From: a virus
IMG/VR virus record: IMGVR_UViG_3300045988_183612
DNA: 64,000 nucleotides
Strand: one strand, 5' to 3'
The position numbers were made by a program, and so were the translations under genes. The notes under the pieces were generated by a model. That model did no database searches, was not told the DNA's origin, and saw only the letters and a program-made list of their open reading frames with translations. Positions 48,887 to 57,067 of the stretch are shown here, one piece after another. Every line of letters begins with the position of its first letter. Position 1 is the first letter of the stretch.

Positions 48887-49144
48887 ATGATAATAATAAG
48901 AAATGGTAAGGAAATAAAATTAACAGATGATGAGATTTATAAGGCTCATAAGGAATTTGTTTCAACATGGATGATTAATACAGCTAAAGAAATTATTCAG
49001 CCTCAGTATCATTCTGATATTACTGAGAATGATTATATTGATATTGGTGAAGCAGCTTATGATACTTACGCAGAAGGTAATGGACTTACTGAATATGAAG
49101 CTGTTGAAGATGCTGTGGAAAAATTCTTAAGTGAAAGAAATTGA
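48887..49144 (+). CDS. hypothetical protein
   Basis: AAGGAG RBS. Confidence 0.45.
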   Translation: MIIIRNGKEIKLTDDEIYKAHKEFVSTWMINTAKEIIQPQYHSDITENDYIDIGEAAYDTYAEGNGLTEYEAVEDAVEKFLSERN

Positions 49145-49205
49145 ATATTTTTCATAACTGAATAAGATTTTTTGAAAGCGGGAGACTTATGTTTTCTGCT
49201 TTTTT

Positions 49206-49216
49206 TTCTGTCATAA
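49206..49216 (+). promoter_or_regulatory. TTCTGTCATAT-family motif
   Basis: TTCTGTCATAA, 40 bp before the flap-exonuclease ATG 49248. Confidence 0.6.
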
Positions 49217-49247
49217 ATATATTAAAAATTATAAAGGAGAAAAATTA

Positions 49248-50129
49248 ATGAAAAATATTATGATTTTTGATGGGAATTACATTCTCAGAAGATCTTTTTA
49301 CGGTGTTCCAGAATTAAAAACCTCAAAGGGATTTCCGACTAATGCAATTAAAGGAGCTTTAAATACAATTCTATATATGAAAGAAAAGTATAGTCCTGAT
49401 GAATTAATTGTTGCATTTGATACTGCAAAGCCAACTTTCAGGCATTTAATGTATAATGGGTACAAGGCAACTAGAGATCCTGCACCGGAAGAATTTAAGA
49501 TTCAGAGACAGGCTATTGTCCCTATTCTTAAAACAATGAATATATGTGTTATTGAAAAAGAAGGATATGAAGCAGATGATATTATAGGGACAATTTCAAC
49601 TATTGAAAGTAAAGCAGGTAATAAAGTAAATATCATATCTGCGGATCATGATTTGTTGCAATTATGTAATGATTTAGTATCATTAATTGTTCCAAACAAC
49701 CCGGAAGATATTTGGACTCCGGCAGAAATTATGAATGAATATTCCGTTACTCCTAAACAGTTTATTGATGTAAAAGCATTAATGGGAGATAAATCGGATA
49801 ATATTCCTGGAGCTGCAGGTATTGGACCTAAAACTGCAAGTAAACTAATACATAAGTATGGAAATTTGTTTAACATATATATGAATATTTCAGATATTGA
49901 ATCTAATATGTCTAAAGGAAAAAGTATTTCAACTTGTTTGATAAATAGTGAAGATAATATTTTGTTGTCAAAAATTTTAGCAACAATAAAAACAGATGTA
50001 GAACTTGATGCTTATAACGCTAATGTATCAGATAATATGTTAAATGAAATTAGTGAGCAGATATTAGGTTTGTATGAACTTAACAGTATTATAAGTATAC
50101 TTAAAAATGGTAACATTGTTTGCCTATAA
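49248..50129 (+). CDS. 5'-3' exonuclease / flap endonuclease (Pol I N-terminal domain family)
   Basis: MIFDGNYILRRSFYG, FDTAKPTFRHLMYNGYKATR, EADDIIGT, SADHDLLQL and the H3TH motif LMGDKSDNIPGAAGIGPKTASKLI. Confidence 0.9.
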   Translation: MKNIMIFDGNYILRRSFYGVPELKTSKGFPTNAIKGALNTILYMKEKYSPDELIVAFDTAKPTFRHLMYNGYKATRDPAPEEFKIQRQAIVPILKTMNICVIEKEGYEADDIIGTISTIESKAGNKVNIISADHDLLQLCNDLVSLIVPNNPEDIWTPAEIMNEYSVTPKQFIDVKALMGDKSDNIPGAAGIGPKTASKLIHKYGNLFNIYMNISDIESNMSKGKSISTCLINSEDNILLSKILATIKTDVELDAYNANVSDNMLNEISEQILGLYELNSIISILKNGNIVCL

Positions 50130-50257
50130 TTATATTTAAGGAGAAAATCATGATAATTGAAATTTTAACAAATGGTTAGTGTAATATTAAATTCGAAAAG
50201 ACAAATTGTAGAGTAAACGCTTCATATTTAACCGATGTCCAAAATGACTTATTAAAT

Positions 50258-50566
50258 ATGTGCATTAATTATTATAACAATAATACGGCATCCTGTTATT
50301 TTGATTCTGAAGGCTCTACAGCAACGCTAGTTTTGACACCGGATACAGCTTTCATAATTCATGAATGGGAGCATTTAGGCTTAATTAAACTATTGGAATT
50401 ACCAAAGGAAATCATTGATTGTATAGTAAAGGAAATTGTAAAACAAATTGATTCTGTTGCAAGTTTTTTATCATGTGAATGTGATGATTTATTTCAGTAT
50501 GAAAAAAGAAAATCTGAATTAATACAAAAATTATATTTTGTACATGATAAGAGTAATTCAAATTAA
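50258..50566 (+). CDS. hypothetical protein (possibly 50150..50566 with an in-frame TAG)
   Basis: ATG at 50258 has a weak RBS. A strong AAGGAGAAAATCATG at 50150 is in the same frame but hits a TAG at 50175. Confidence 0.4.
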   Translation: MCINYYNNNTASCYFDSEGSTATLVLTPDTAFIIHEWEHLGLIKLLELPKEIIDCIVKEIVKQIDSVASFLSCECDDLFQYEKRKSELIQKLYFVHDKSNSN

Positions 50567-50617
50567 AACAAATGCTTAATAACAAGTACCCATTAATAGG
50601 TACTTGTTATTTTATTT

Positions 50618-50628
50618 TTCTGTCATTT
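50618..50628 (+). promoter_or_regulatory. TTCTGTCATAT-family motif
   Basis: TTCTGTCATTT, 46 bp before ATG 50666. Confidence 0.55.
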
Positions 50629-50665
50629 ATTTATTATAACAATAAATGGAAGGAGAGTAAAAAAT

Positions 50666-51247
50666 ATGATTAAAGAATTTAAGGAATTAGTAAATGCAAT
50701 AAATTCGCCAGATAATGAATATAGAGAGAATGATTTAGATATGTTAAATTACAATATGGCCGCATTTGGAGAATATGTACAGATTGTTTATCATCAAAAC
50801 TATTCAACTCCAATTAAATATGCTACACTTGAGGGAGAAGAATTACGAGAAGCTATTCAGTCTATGGATAAAAATCGGAGAATTAAACATGAAGCTGCAA
50901 TAGCTGCGTGTTCCCAAATCAATAGAGATTGTGAATATTATAATGTTCCTAAGTTTTGCCCTGAAACAACTGATAGACATATAATCGCAGATTTTTGCGC
51001 TCAGGTAACGGCTGCTTTTTATCTTGACGGAATCGGTAGAGATGCTAAAACTATAGATGATGTTATAAAGGCAATGACTCAAAATTGTAAAAGTGTTAAT
51101 ATTAGTAATATAACAAACAATATTGACACAAATGAACTATCAGATATTGATTTAGATTTAGGCGGAGAAGATGATGAAGATAAAATTATGCCAGATGTAA
51201 TTCATACTGAAATTAATAAAGATAACAGAGAGGAAGAAGTAAGATAA
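50666..51247 (+). CDS. hypothetical protein
   Basis: GGAAGGAG RBS, motif at 50618. Confidence 0.5.
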   Translation: MIKEFKELVNAINSPDNEYRENDLDMLNYNMAAFGEYVQIVYHQNYSTPIKYATLEGEELREAIQSMDKNRRIKHEAAIAACSQINRDCEYYNVPKFCPETTDRHIIADFCAQVTAAFYLDGIGRDAKTIDDVIKAMTQNCKSVNISNITNNIDTNELSDIDLDLGGEDDEDKIMPDVIHTEINKDNREEEVR

Positions 51248-51552
51248 TGGTAACTTTTATTAGAACATATGAATCCGGTCCATGGATAATAGATGAATAC
51301 GATAATAAAACATATAGAATTCTATTAAGAAGAGATTTAAGAACAGGTAAAGTCATAAGATTCTTTTTTACTCCAAAGATTCCATATTATGATATTGAAA
51401 TTAAAACCATAAAAGATGATTTTTATATTAGTATTACTGGTAATGTTTCATATGATATTAATGATATTGATAAATTAAAAGGCAGAATAGATTATGCTAA
51501 AAATTTGATAACTTATATAAAAGAAAATATATGTAACAAGTATTCTTTTTAA
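51247..51552 (+). CDS. hypothetical protein
   Basis: ATAATGG overlap with the upstream gene (translational coupling). Confidence 0.45.
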   Translation: MVTFIRTYESGPWIIDEYDNKTYRILLRRDLRTGKVIRFFFTPKIPYYDIEIKTIKDDFYISITGNVSYDINDIDKLKGRIDYAKNLITYIKENICNKYSF

Positions 51553-51561
51553 TATTCATGC

Positions 51562-51588
51562 AAGCGTCCAAAATTGGACGCTTTTTTT
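51562..51588 (+). terminator. rho-independent terminator before the DnaE C-terminal piece
   Basis: AAGCGTCCAAAATTGGACGCTTTTTTT. Confidence 0.75.
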
Positions 51589-51592
51589 AATT

Positions 51593-51603
51593 TTCTGTCA
51601 TAA
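51593..51603 (+). promoter_or_regulatory. TTCTGTCATAT-family motif
   Basis: TTCTGTCATAA, 44 bp before ATG 51639 of the DnaE C-terminal piece. Confidence 0.6.
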
Positions 51604-51638
51604 ATTATATAGTTATGAATTGAAAGGAGAAATTTAAA

Positions 51639-53324
51639 ATGAATAAAACAGGTATTGAAGATTTAATAGCAATGAATGCTTTATATCGTCCTGGTCCTGA
51701 AAAGTTTATACCTGATTTCATAGAAGGTAAAAAGGATGCATCTAAGATTAAATATTTATGTCCTCAATTAGAGCCAATTTTGTCAACTACTTATGGACAG
51801 ATAGTTTATCAGGAACAGGTAATGCAGATTGTTCGTGATTTAGCAGGATATACATGGGGGCGTTCTGATTTAGTCCGTAGAGCTATGTCAAAAAAACATC
51901 AGGATGAAATTGATGCTGAAAGACACACTTTTGTATATGGCAATGCTGATACTAAAAAAGAAAATGAAGCATTAGTACCAGGTTGTATTTCAAATGGAAT
52001 ACCAGAAGAAATTGCTCATAAAATCTGGGATGCGATGGTTGATTTTGCTAAGTATGCTTTTAATAAGTCACATGCCTCTGCTTATGCTGTTACATCATAT
52101 TGGACTGCTTTTCTTAAGTATTATTATCCGGCTTATTATCTTACAAATGTAATAAATCATACTGATAAGATTGATGAAGTCGCTGATGATATTAGTGATG
52201 CTCTTGATTTTGGAGTAAAGGTATTGCCTCCGGACATTAATGCTTCAAATTTACATTGTGATGTTGTAGATGGAAATATTTTGTATGGTCTGAGTAATAT
52301 TAAGAATGTTGGAGCAGAAGCAGCTAAAATTATTGAAGATAGAAATGTTAATGGAGAATATTCTGATATTAAGGATTTTATCAAACGAACAAATATTAAT
52401 GCAGAAGCATTAAGTTCCTTAATTAAAGCAGGTGCTTTTGATTGCCTTGGTTATACAAGAACAATGATATCATTAGATATGATTTGTATGAAAGAAATTC
52501 AGGATACAATCAAGAAAATCAGAGAGAAGAGTAAGTTTATTGAAAACGCAAGTAAAGTTATTGAATTTGTGGAAGATTATATTGATCTTGATGAGTTTAA
52601 GGAAAAAATTTCAGAAGAAAATATTTCCTTTCAAGTTACTTCAAAAAAGATGCCAACTAAGGATTCCATAATTAAACGTATCAATTCAGCTAAGACAGTT
52701 ATAGAAAGCTTAGAAGATGATCTTGAAAATATAGATATTGATTATGTAGAAGATGATTTAGGTCAGATTCTAAATGATGAAAAAGAAGTGTTAGGTGTTT
52801 ATATTACAGGGCATCCAATTGATGAGTATAATATTTATACAGATCCCATTTCTGATATTTCAACAGAAGTTAATGATGTATCTGGTATAATTAAAAATCT
52901 TGTTATAAGAAAGGACAGAAATGGATACGAATGGGTAACTTTTGAGGTAGAAGATAAAACAGGTTCTATTAATGGTGTATGTTTTTCTAAGGATTATGCA
53001 AATATTAGAGACTTACTTGTTAATGATGCTAAATTATGTTTATCAGGGAAAATTCAAGTAGATGATTTTAGATCTTCAGATGACGAAACTGTATATCAGA
53101 TTATTGTTAAATCTGTTAAACCTTTAAAGAAAAATAAGTCTTCATATAGATTTATTTGTACTGTTTCCGAAGTAAACGATGTTCTTGATTCTATTAATGA
53201 ATATCTGGTGGACGTTGATGGAGATTATTTATATTGGCTTGATTCAACAACTGGAATTGAACATTTATGTAAGAAATTCATTAACCCTGATATGTCAGCC
53301 CCTTCAATAGTACGCAAATGCTAA
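51639..53324 (+). CDS. dnaE: DNA polymerase III alpha C-terminal piece (fingers, HhH, OB) as a separate ORF
   Basis: ALYRPGP and NKSHASAYAVTSYWTAFLKYYYP are DnaE motifs. Has its own motif (51593), AAAGGAGA RBS and ATG. The N-terminus abuts the end of exon 2 in the DnaE alignment. Confidence 0.8.
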   Translation: MNKTGIEDLIAMNALYRPGPEKFIPDFIEGKKDASKIKYLCPQLEPILSTTYGQIVYQEQVMQIVRDLAGYTWGRSDLVRRAMSKKHQDEIDAERHTFVYGNADTKKENEALVPGCISNGIPEEIAHKIWDAMVDFAKYAFNKSHASAYAVTSYWTAFLKYYYPAYYLTNVINHTDKIDEVADDISDALDFGVKVLPPDINASNLHCDVVDGNILYGLSNIKNVGAEAAKIIEDRNVNGEYSDIKDFIKRTNINAEALSSLIKAGAFDCLGYTRTMISLDMICMKEIQDTIKKIREKSKFIENASKVIEFVEDYIDLDEFKEKISEENISFQVTSKKMPTKDSIIKRINSAKTVIESLEDDLENIDIDYVEDDLGQILNDEKEVLGVYITGHPIDEYNIYTDPISDISTEVNDVSGIIKNLVIRKDRNGYEWVTFEVEDKTGSINGVCFSKDYANIRDLLVNDAKLCLSGKIQVDDFRSSDDETVYQIIVKSVKPLKKNKSSYRFICTVSEVNDVLDSINEYLVDVDGDYLYWLDSTTGIEHLCKKFINPDMSAPSIVRKC

Positions 53325-53345
53325 TTTAATATTTATTTTATGTTT

Positions 53346-53375
53346 TACCGCTGTTTATTGCAGCGGTATTTTTTT
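53346..53375 (+). terminator. rho-independent terminator
   Basis: TACCGCTGTTTATTGCAGCGGTATTTTTTT. Confidence 0.75.
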
Positions 53376-53397
53376 ATGTAAAGATTTTTAAAATTGT

Positions 53398-53408
53398 ATC
53401 TGTCATAT
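53398..53408 (+). promoter_or_regulatory. TTCTGTCATAT-family motif
   Basis: ATCTGTCATAT, 37 bp before ATG 53437. It heads the CPBP/sigma-factor operon. TTTTTTTATGTAAAG sits 24 nt upstream. Confidence 0.55.
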
Positions 53409-53436
53409 ATATATTAGAAAGGTTGGAGGAAAATAT

Positions 53437-54348
53437 ATGATACTTAGTAACAACAACAGTAATATTAAGGAATTAAGAAATAAAAAAAATAAGCATGATT
53501 TAAATTCTTATATGGATTTTATGGCAAAAAACAAAATGAAAAGTAATTCTTTCTTTTCAAAATCAAAACAGTATATAAAGATTTTTATTCCATTTATTAT
53601 TTCTGTTTTTATAATTTTATTTTCTATGTTTATTGCAACATTTATAGACAGTCTATTAAATATGTATATGAATGATGCAGGAGGAATTTCAACTAAAATA
53701 GATTATGAAGGATTTCGATTAATTTACACAATATCAACATATACATTAATGTTTGTTATGTGCATTATTTGTATAAAAAGCTCATTTTACAATTATAAAA
53801 AAGATTTGTTTATGAAAAATAAATTAGTAGTAAATTGGAATTTTGTATTTTGTTTCATATTAACTTCTGTAATATTGCAGCTTATTTCAGGAATTCAAAT
53901 GCATTTTGTAAATGTATCAAATATTGATTATGGAAGTTTAGGAATAAAAACAATTATATCTACAATAATAGCAACTTTTGTGGCACCTATTATTGAGGAA
54001 TTGACTTTTAGATATATAATTTATGGCTATGCATATAAAGCAAGCAACAATAAATTATGTGCAAATATAATCCAAGCAGTTTTATTTGGAATAATTCATT
54101 TTAATTTTATTTTATTCCCTATATATGCTTTTGGCGGATATTTGTTAGGTGCTGTAAGAGATAAATATGGTATTAAACTTAGCAGCTTATATCATATTCT
54201 AATAAACTGTGTGGCATTAATACCATTTACGTTTTTTATAACAAATATATATTTACAGGTATGCATTTTAATAGTCTGCATAATGAGTTTAATTTATTTT
54301 GTAATTAAGTGTTTTGAAAATATCAATATAGAAATTAAGGAGCAATAA
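53437..54348 (+). CDS. CPBP-family intramembrane metalloprotease (second copy)
   Basis: IEELTFRYIIYG, FGIIHF. Multipass membrane protein. GGAGG RBS. Confidence 0.75.
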   Translation: MILSNNNSNIKELRNKKNKHDLNSYMDFMAKNKMKSNSFFSKSKQYIKIFIPFIISVFIILFSMFIATFIDSLLNMYMNDAGGISTKIDYEGFRLIYTISTYTLMFVMCIICIKSSFYNYKKDLFMKNKLVVNWNFVFCFILTSVILQLISGIQMHFVNVSNIDYGSLGIKTIISTIIATFVAPIIEELTFRYIIYGYAYKASNNKLCANIIQAVLFGIIHFNFILFPIYAFGGYLLGAVRDKYGIKLSSLYHILINCVALIPFTFFITNIYLQVCILIVCIMSLIYFVIKCFENINIEIKEQ

Positions 54349-54351
54349 TTT

Positions 54352-54747
54352 ATGGAAACAAATATGAATAATGAATTAAAAAATAAGTCTATAAGTGATA
54401 TCCTTGAAGCTTCTTCAACGGATTTATATGAATGGTATTTAATTAATTTTAAGAAAGAAATTCCTAGATCAGATGAAATAGATTTATTGGAAATAGGAAA
54501 TTTATTGAGTGAAGTAGGAAATTATTTTACCTATTTTTCCTCAATGCATTCTATTTTAGATTCAATGGTAAAAGAAATGAAATTACACAAAGAGTCTTCA
54601 GATAAATGTAAAGAGCTTATGATTAAACGAGATATATTAGGAACCTTTGAAGAGCAATCTAAATTTACATATAATGCAATTAGTAGAATATGTACAATGA
54701 AAATAGAAGCAAATAATGAATTAAAAATGCTAGGACATCAATGTTAA
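54352..54747 (+). CDS. hypothetical protein
   Basis: AAGGAG RBS. Immediately follows the CPBP gene. Confidence 0.45.
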   Translation: METNMNNELKNKSISDILEASSTDLYEWYLINFKKEIPRSDEIDLLEIGNLLSEVGNYFTYFSSMHSILDSMVKEMKLHKESSDKCKELMIKRDILGTFEEQSKFTYNAISRICTMKIEANNELKMLGHQC

Positions 54748-54759
54748 GAGGAGATTTTT

Positions 54760-55788
54760 ATGGCAGATAAGAATTTATTATTAAATAAAAAAAACAATAA
54801 AGATGAATATGTTGATGAATTATTTGATACAAATAAACCAATAGAAAACATAAATATTTTATCAGAGGATAATTATACCGATATTTTAAATGATAAAGAG
54901 ATTTTAAATGAAAAAGAGAAACTATTATTAGAAAATAATATAACTTATTATATTAAATCATTCGCTGATTATCCGGTTTTATCCAAAGATGAAACTCTTA
55001 AATTATTTGAAGAGATAAAAAAACATCCTAAAAAGAAAAAAGAAATAACCGAAAAATTGATTTTATCTAATATGCGTTTAGTCATCAGTATTGCTAAAGC
55101 CGTTACAGCTAAAACGCAAAGTTTTGAAATGGATGATTTATGTCAGGCCGGTATTTTCGGATTATACAGAGCTATACAAATGTTTGATTATAAATTAGGA
55201 TATGCATTTTCAACTTATGCAACTCATTGGATTAGACAGAGTATATATAGAGAATTAGCCAATTATGATTTATTAGTTAGATTCCCTGTACATGTAAGAG
55301 AACAGGATTCTTTTGTTAAGACTACATTTGTGGATTTAACTAATAAACTTCAAAGAAAACCTACAATTGATGAATTATATGATGTAGTAAAACAAAGATA
55401 TCCTCTTTTAACTAAAGAAATGCTTGTACATATTCAGAGCTTTAATGAATTGGTTTCATTAGATGCACCTATTCAAAGTGATGAAGGCCATGACGATTCG
55501 TGTTTGGCTGATTATATAGAAGCTCCTGAACCTAAAGTTGAAGATACGATTATTCAAAAAGAAATGAATGAACTGCTTTGGAAAGAAGTTGAAGATTGTC
55601 TCACTCCTAGAGAATTATATGTAATTAAGAGTAGAATGGGATATGGTTCAAAGGTTAAAACTTTAAAAGATATAGGTACTGAATGGAATGTTTCCAGAGA
55701 ACGAATCAGACAAATTGAATCAAAAGCAATAAAAAAGATTAGAGTTCGTTTCAGACGGAAAGGATATAGTATACAATCTTTTATGTAA
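54760..55788 (+). CDS. sigma-70 family RNA polymerase sigma factor
   Basis: Region 2 ILSNMRLVISIAKAV and FSTYATHWIRQSIYRELAN. Region 3 RFPVHVREQD...KPTIDEL. Region 4 LTPRELYVIKSRMGYG..KTLKDIGTEWNVSRERIRQIESKAIKKIR. Confidence 0.85.
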   Translation: MADKNLLLNKKNNKDEYVDELFDTNKPIENINILSEDNYTDILNDKEILNEKEKLLLENNITYYIKSFADYPVLSKDETLKLFEEIKKHPKKKKEITEKLILSNMRLVISIAKAVTAKTQSFEMDDLCQAGIFGLYRAIQMFDYKLGYAFSTYATHWIRQSIYRELANYDLLVRFPVHVREQDSFVKTTFVDLTNKLQRKPTIDELYDVVKQRYPLLTKEMLVHIQSFNELVSLDAPIQSDEGHDDSCLADYIEAPEPKVEDTIIQKEMNELLWKEVEDCLTPRELYVIKSRMGYGSKVKTLKDIGTEWNVSRERIRQIESKAIKKIRVRFRRKGYSIQSFM

Positions 55789-56628
55789 TATATAAATAAA
55801 ATGCAGTTATCAATAGGTAGCTGTATTTTTTTATGATTACACTTCCTTTAAGTGTAATATGTCATACACCTTCTTCAAAGCCCTTCTATTATTTTCTTTT
55901 TCATTGATACGCTTTTTATTATTAAAATATAAAAATTAGAGCCTTATATAATACATTTGATTATTCCTTAATAGCGTTTTAAGACTTAATATAATAACCG
56001 CCAGAATATTATTAAGGATTAAAAGCGTATAACTATTATTGTTATATCCTTATACAATATCATTTATCAGCTTAATACATTTTGTGTTTATTTCCCTGGC
56101 AATTCCTTACCTGTCTCTAGCAAGCACTTCATTTATCCCAATTAATGCCTTTAATATACCAATAAATCATATAATTTTCTTATATATAATATATGATAAT
56201 TACAAAAATTATGATTACTAGATTCCTGTAAATCTATTCTTCGCCCTGCAAATGCCTTAGTAAGCCCAATAATCCCATTTCTGTCTCAATAGATGCATTC
56301 ATATACACTAATTCTTTCTTATTTGCTCTTAGATCTATTTCCTTTACTCTATCATTTCTATATATGTTCCCAGTAATTCCATTAATTAACTTTAGTAAAT
56401 AATAATTATATCCCATTAATCAGTTATATTTATTTTTCTCACTAATTATACAGTTTATTGTACCCAATTAATCCATATATAATTGCTAATATTACCAATT
56501 ACATGTTATCAAATTAACATTTTTTATCTCTTAAATCAGCATATAATAACTACATCATGGTATTATTCTGACACATATAAGGCATTTTATTGGCTATGCA
56601 ACGGATAATACATTACTACATATTGTTA

Positions 56629-56872
56629 TCATTATTACATTTATGTATTAAATATTTAGCTATATATTGTTAATTTTATTGCACAAATTTTTCTATTCTA
56701 TAACATAATGTTGTTAGTTTTAATGTATATTAAATCATATTTTATATCTATATATTGTTATTATTTTTGTATCTTAGCTATATTTTAATAAATCTTAAAT
56801 AACTATATATTGTTAATAAAGTTAACATATTAAACTAATATACAACAATAAACGTACAATATATTGTTATTA
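56629..56872 (+). repeat. iteron-like direct repeats TATATATTGTTA x5
   Basis: Copies at ~56629, 56665, 56752, 56807 and 56861. They lie inside a 1.2-kb ORF-free AT-rich region that also carries CCCAATTAAT repeats (56132, 56421, 56466) and TTATCCCA DnaA-box-like words. Confidence 0.6.
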
Positions 56873-57021
56873 TTTTTCCCAAGTAAAGGCATAGTATACC
56901 CAATAAAGTGCTTAGAAGAACACAAAAACGGGATATTTTAATAAATAAAAGGCATTTACATTTAGTTACTGACTTATTTTGATACACATCAATTATTTTA
57001 TGTAAAATAATAATTCATTTT

Positions 57022-57032
57022 TTCTGTCATAT
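57022..57032 (+). promoter_or_regulatory. TTCTGTCATAT-family motif
   Basis: TTCTGTCATAT, 44 bp before ATG 57068. Confidence 0.6.
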
Positions 57033-57067
57033 TAAAAATATAACTAAATAAAAGGAGAACTAATTAT

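Noticed and set aside
45968-51638. The 5.7-kb dnaE interruption as a giant intron or intein
   Set aside because: It contains ten genes with their own terminators, TTCTGTCATAT motifs and RBSs. Exon 2 ends with two stops plus a terminator, and piece 3 has its own start. No intein N-terminal Cys/Ser block or C-terminal HN motif is present at the junction.
4618-52384. Assorted minus-strand ORFs from the track (4618..4827, 6473..6727, 16769..17126, 17441..17623, 20429..20755, 25045..25248, 31295..31477, 31742..32875, 33794..33982, 37467..38050, 38441..38662, 41666..42073, 42551..42826, 43265..44103, 45805..46356, 47371..48024, 48406..48681, 49646..49876, 50843..51082, 52157..52384)
   Set aside because: All lie antisense within strong plus-strand genes, lack RBSs, and have low-complexity hydrophobic or Ser-rich translations characteristic of non-coding frames in AT-rich sequence.
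56039-56416. ORFs 56039..56221 (+) and 56234..56416 (-) in the iteron region
   Set aside because: No RBS, odd composition, and they lie inside a repeat-rich non-coding region.
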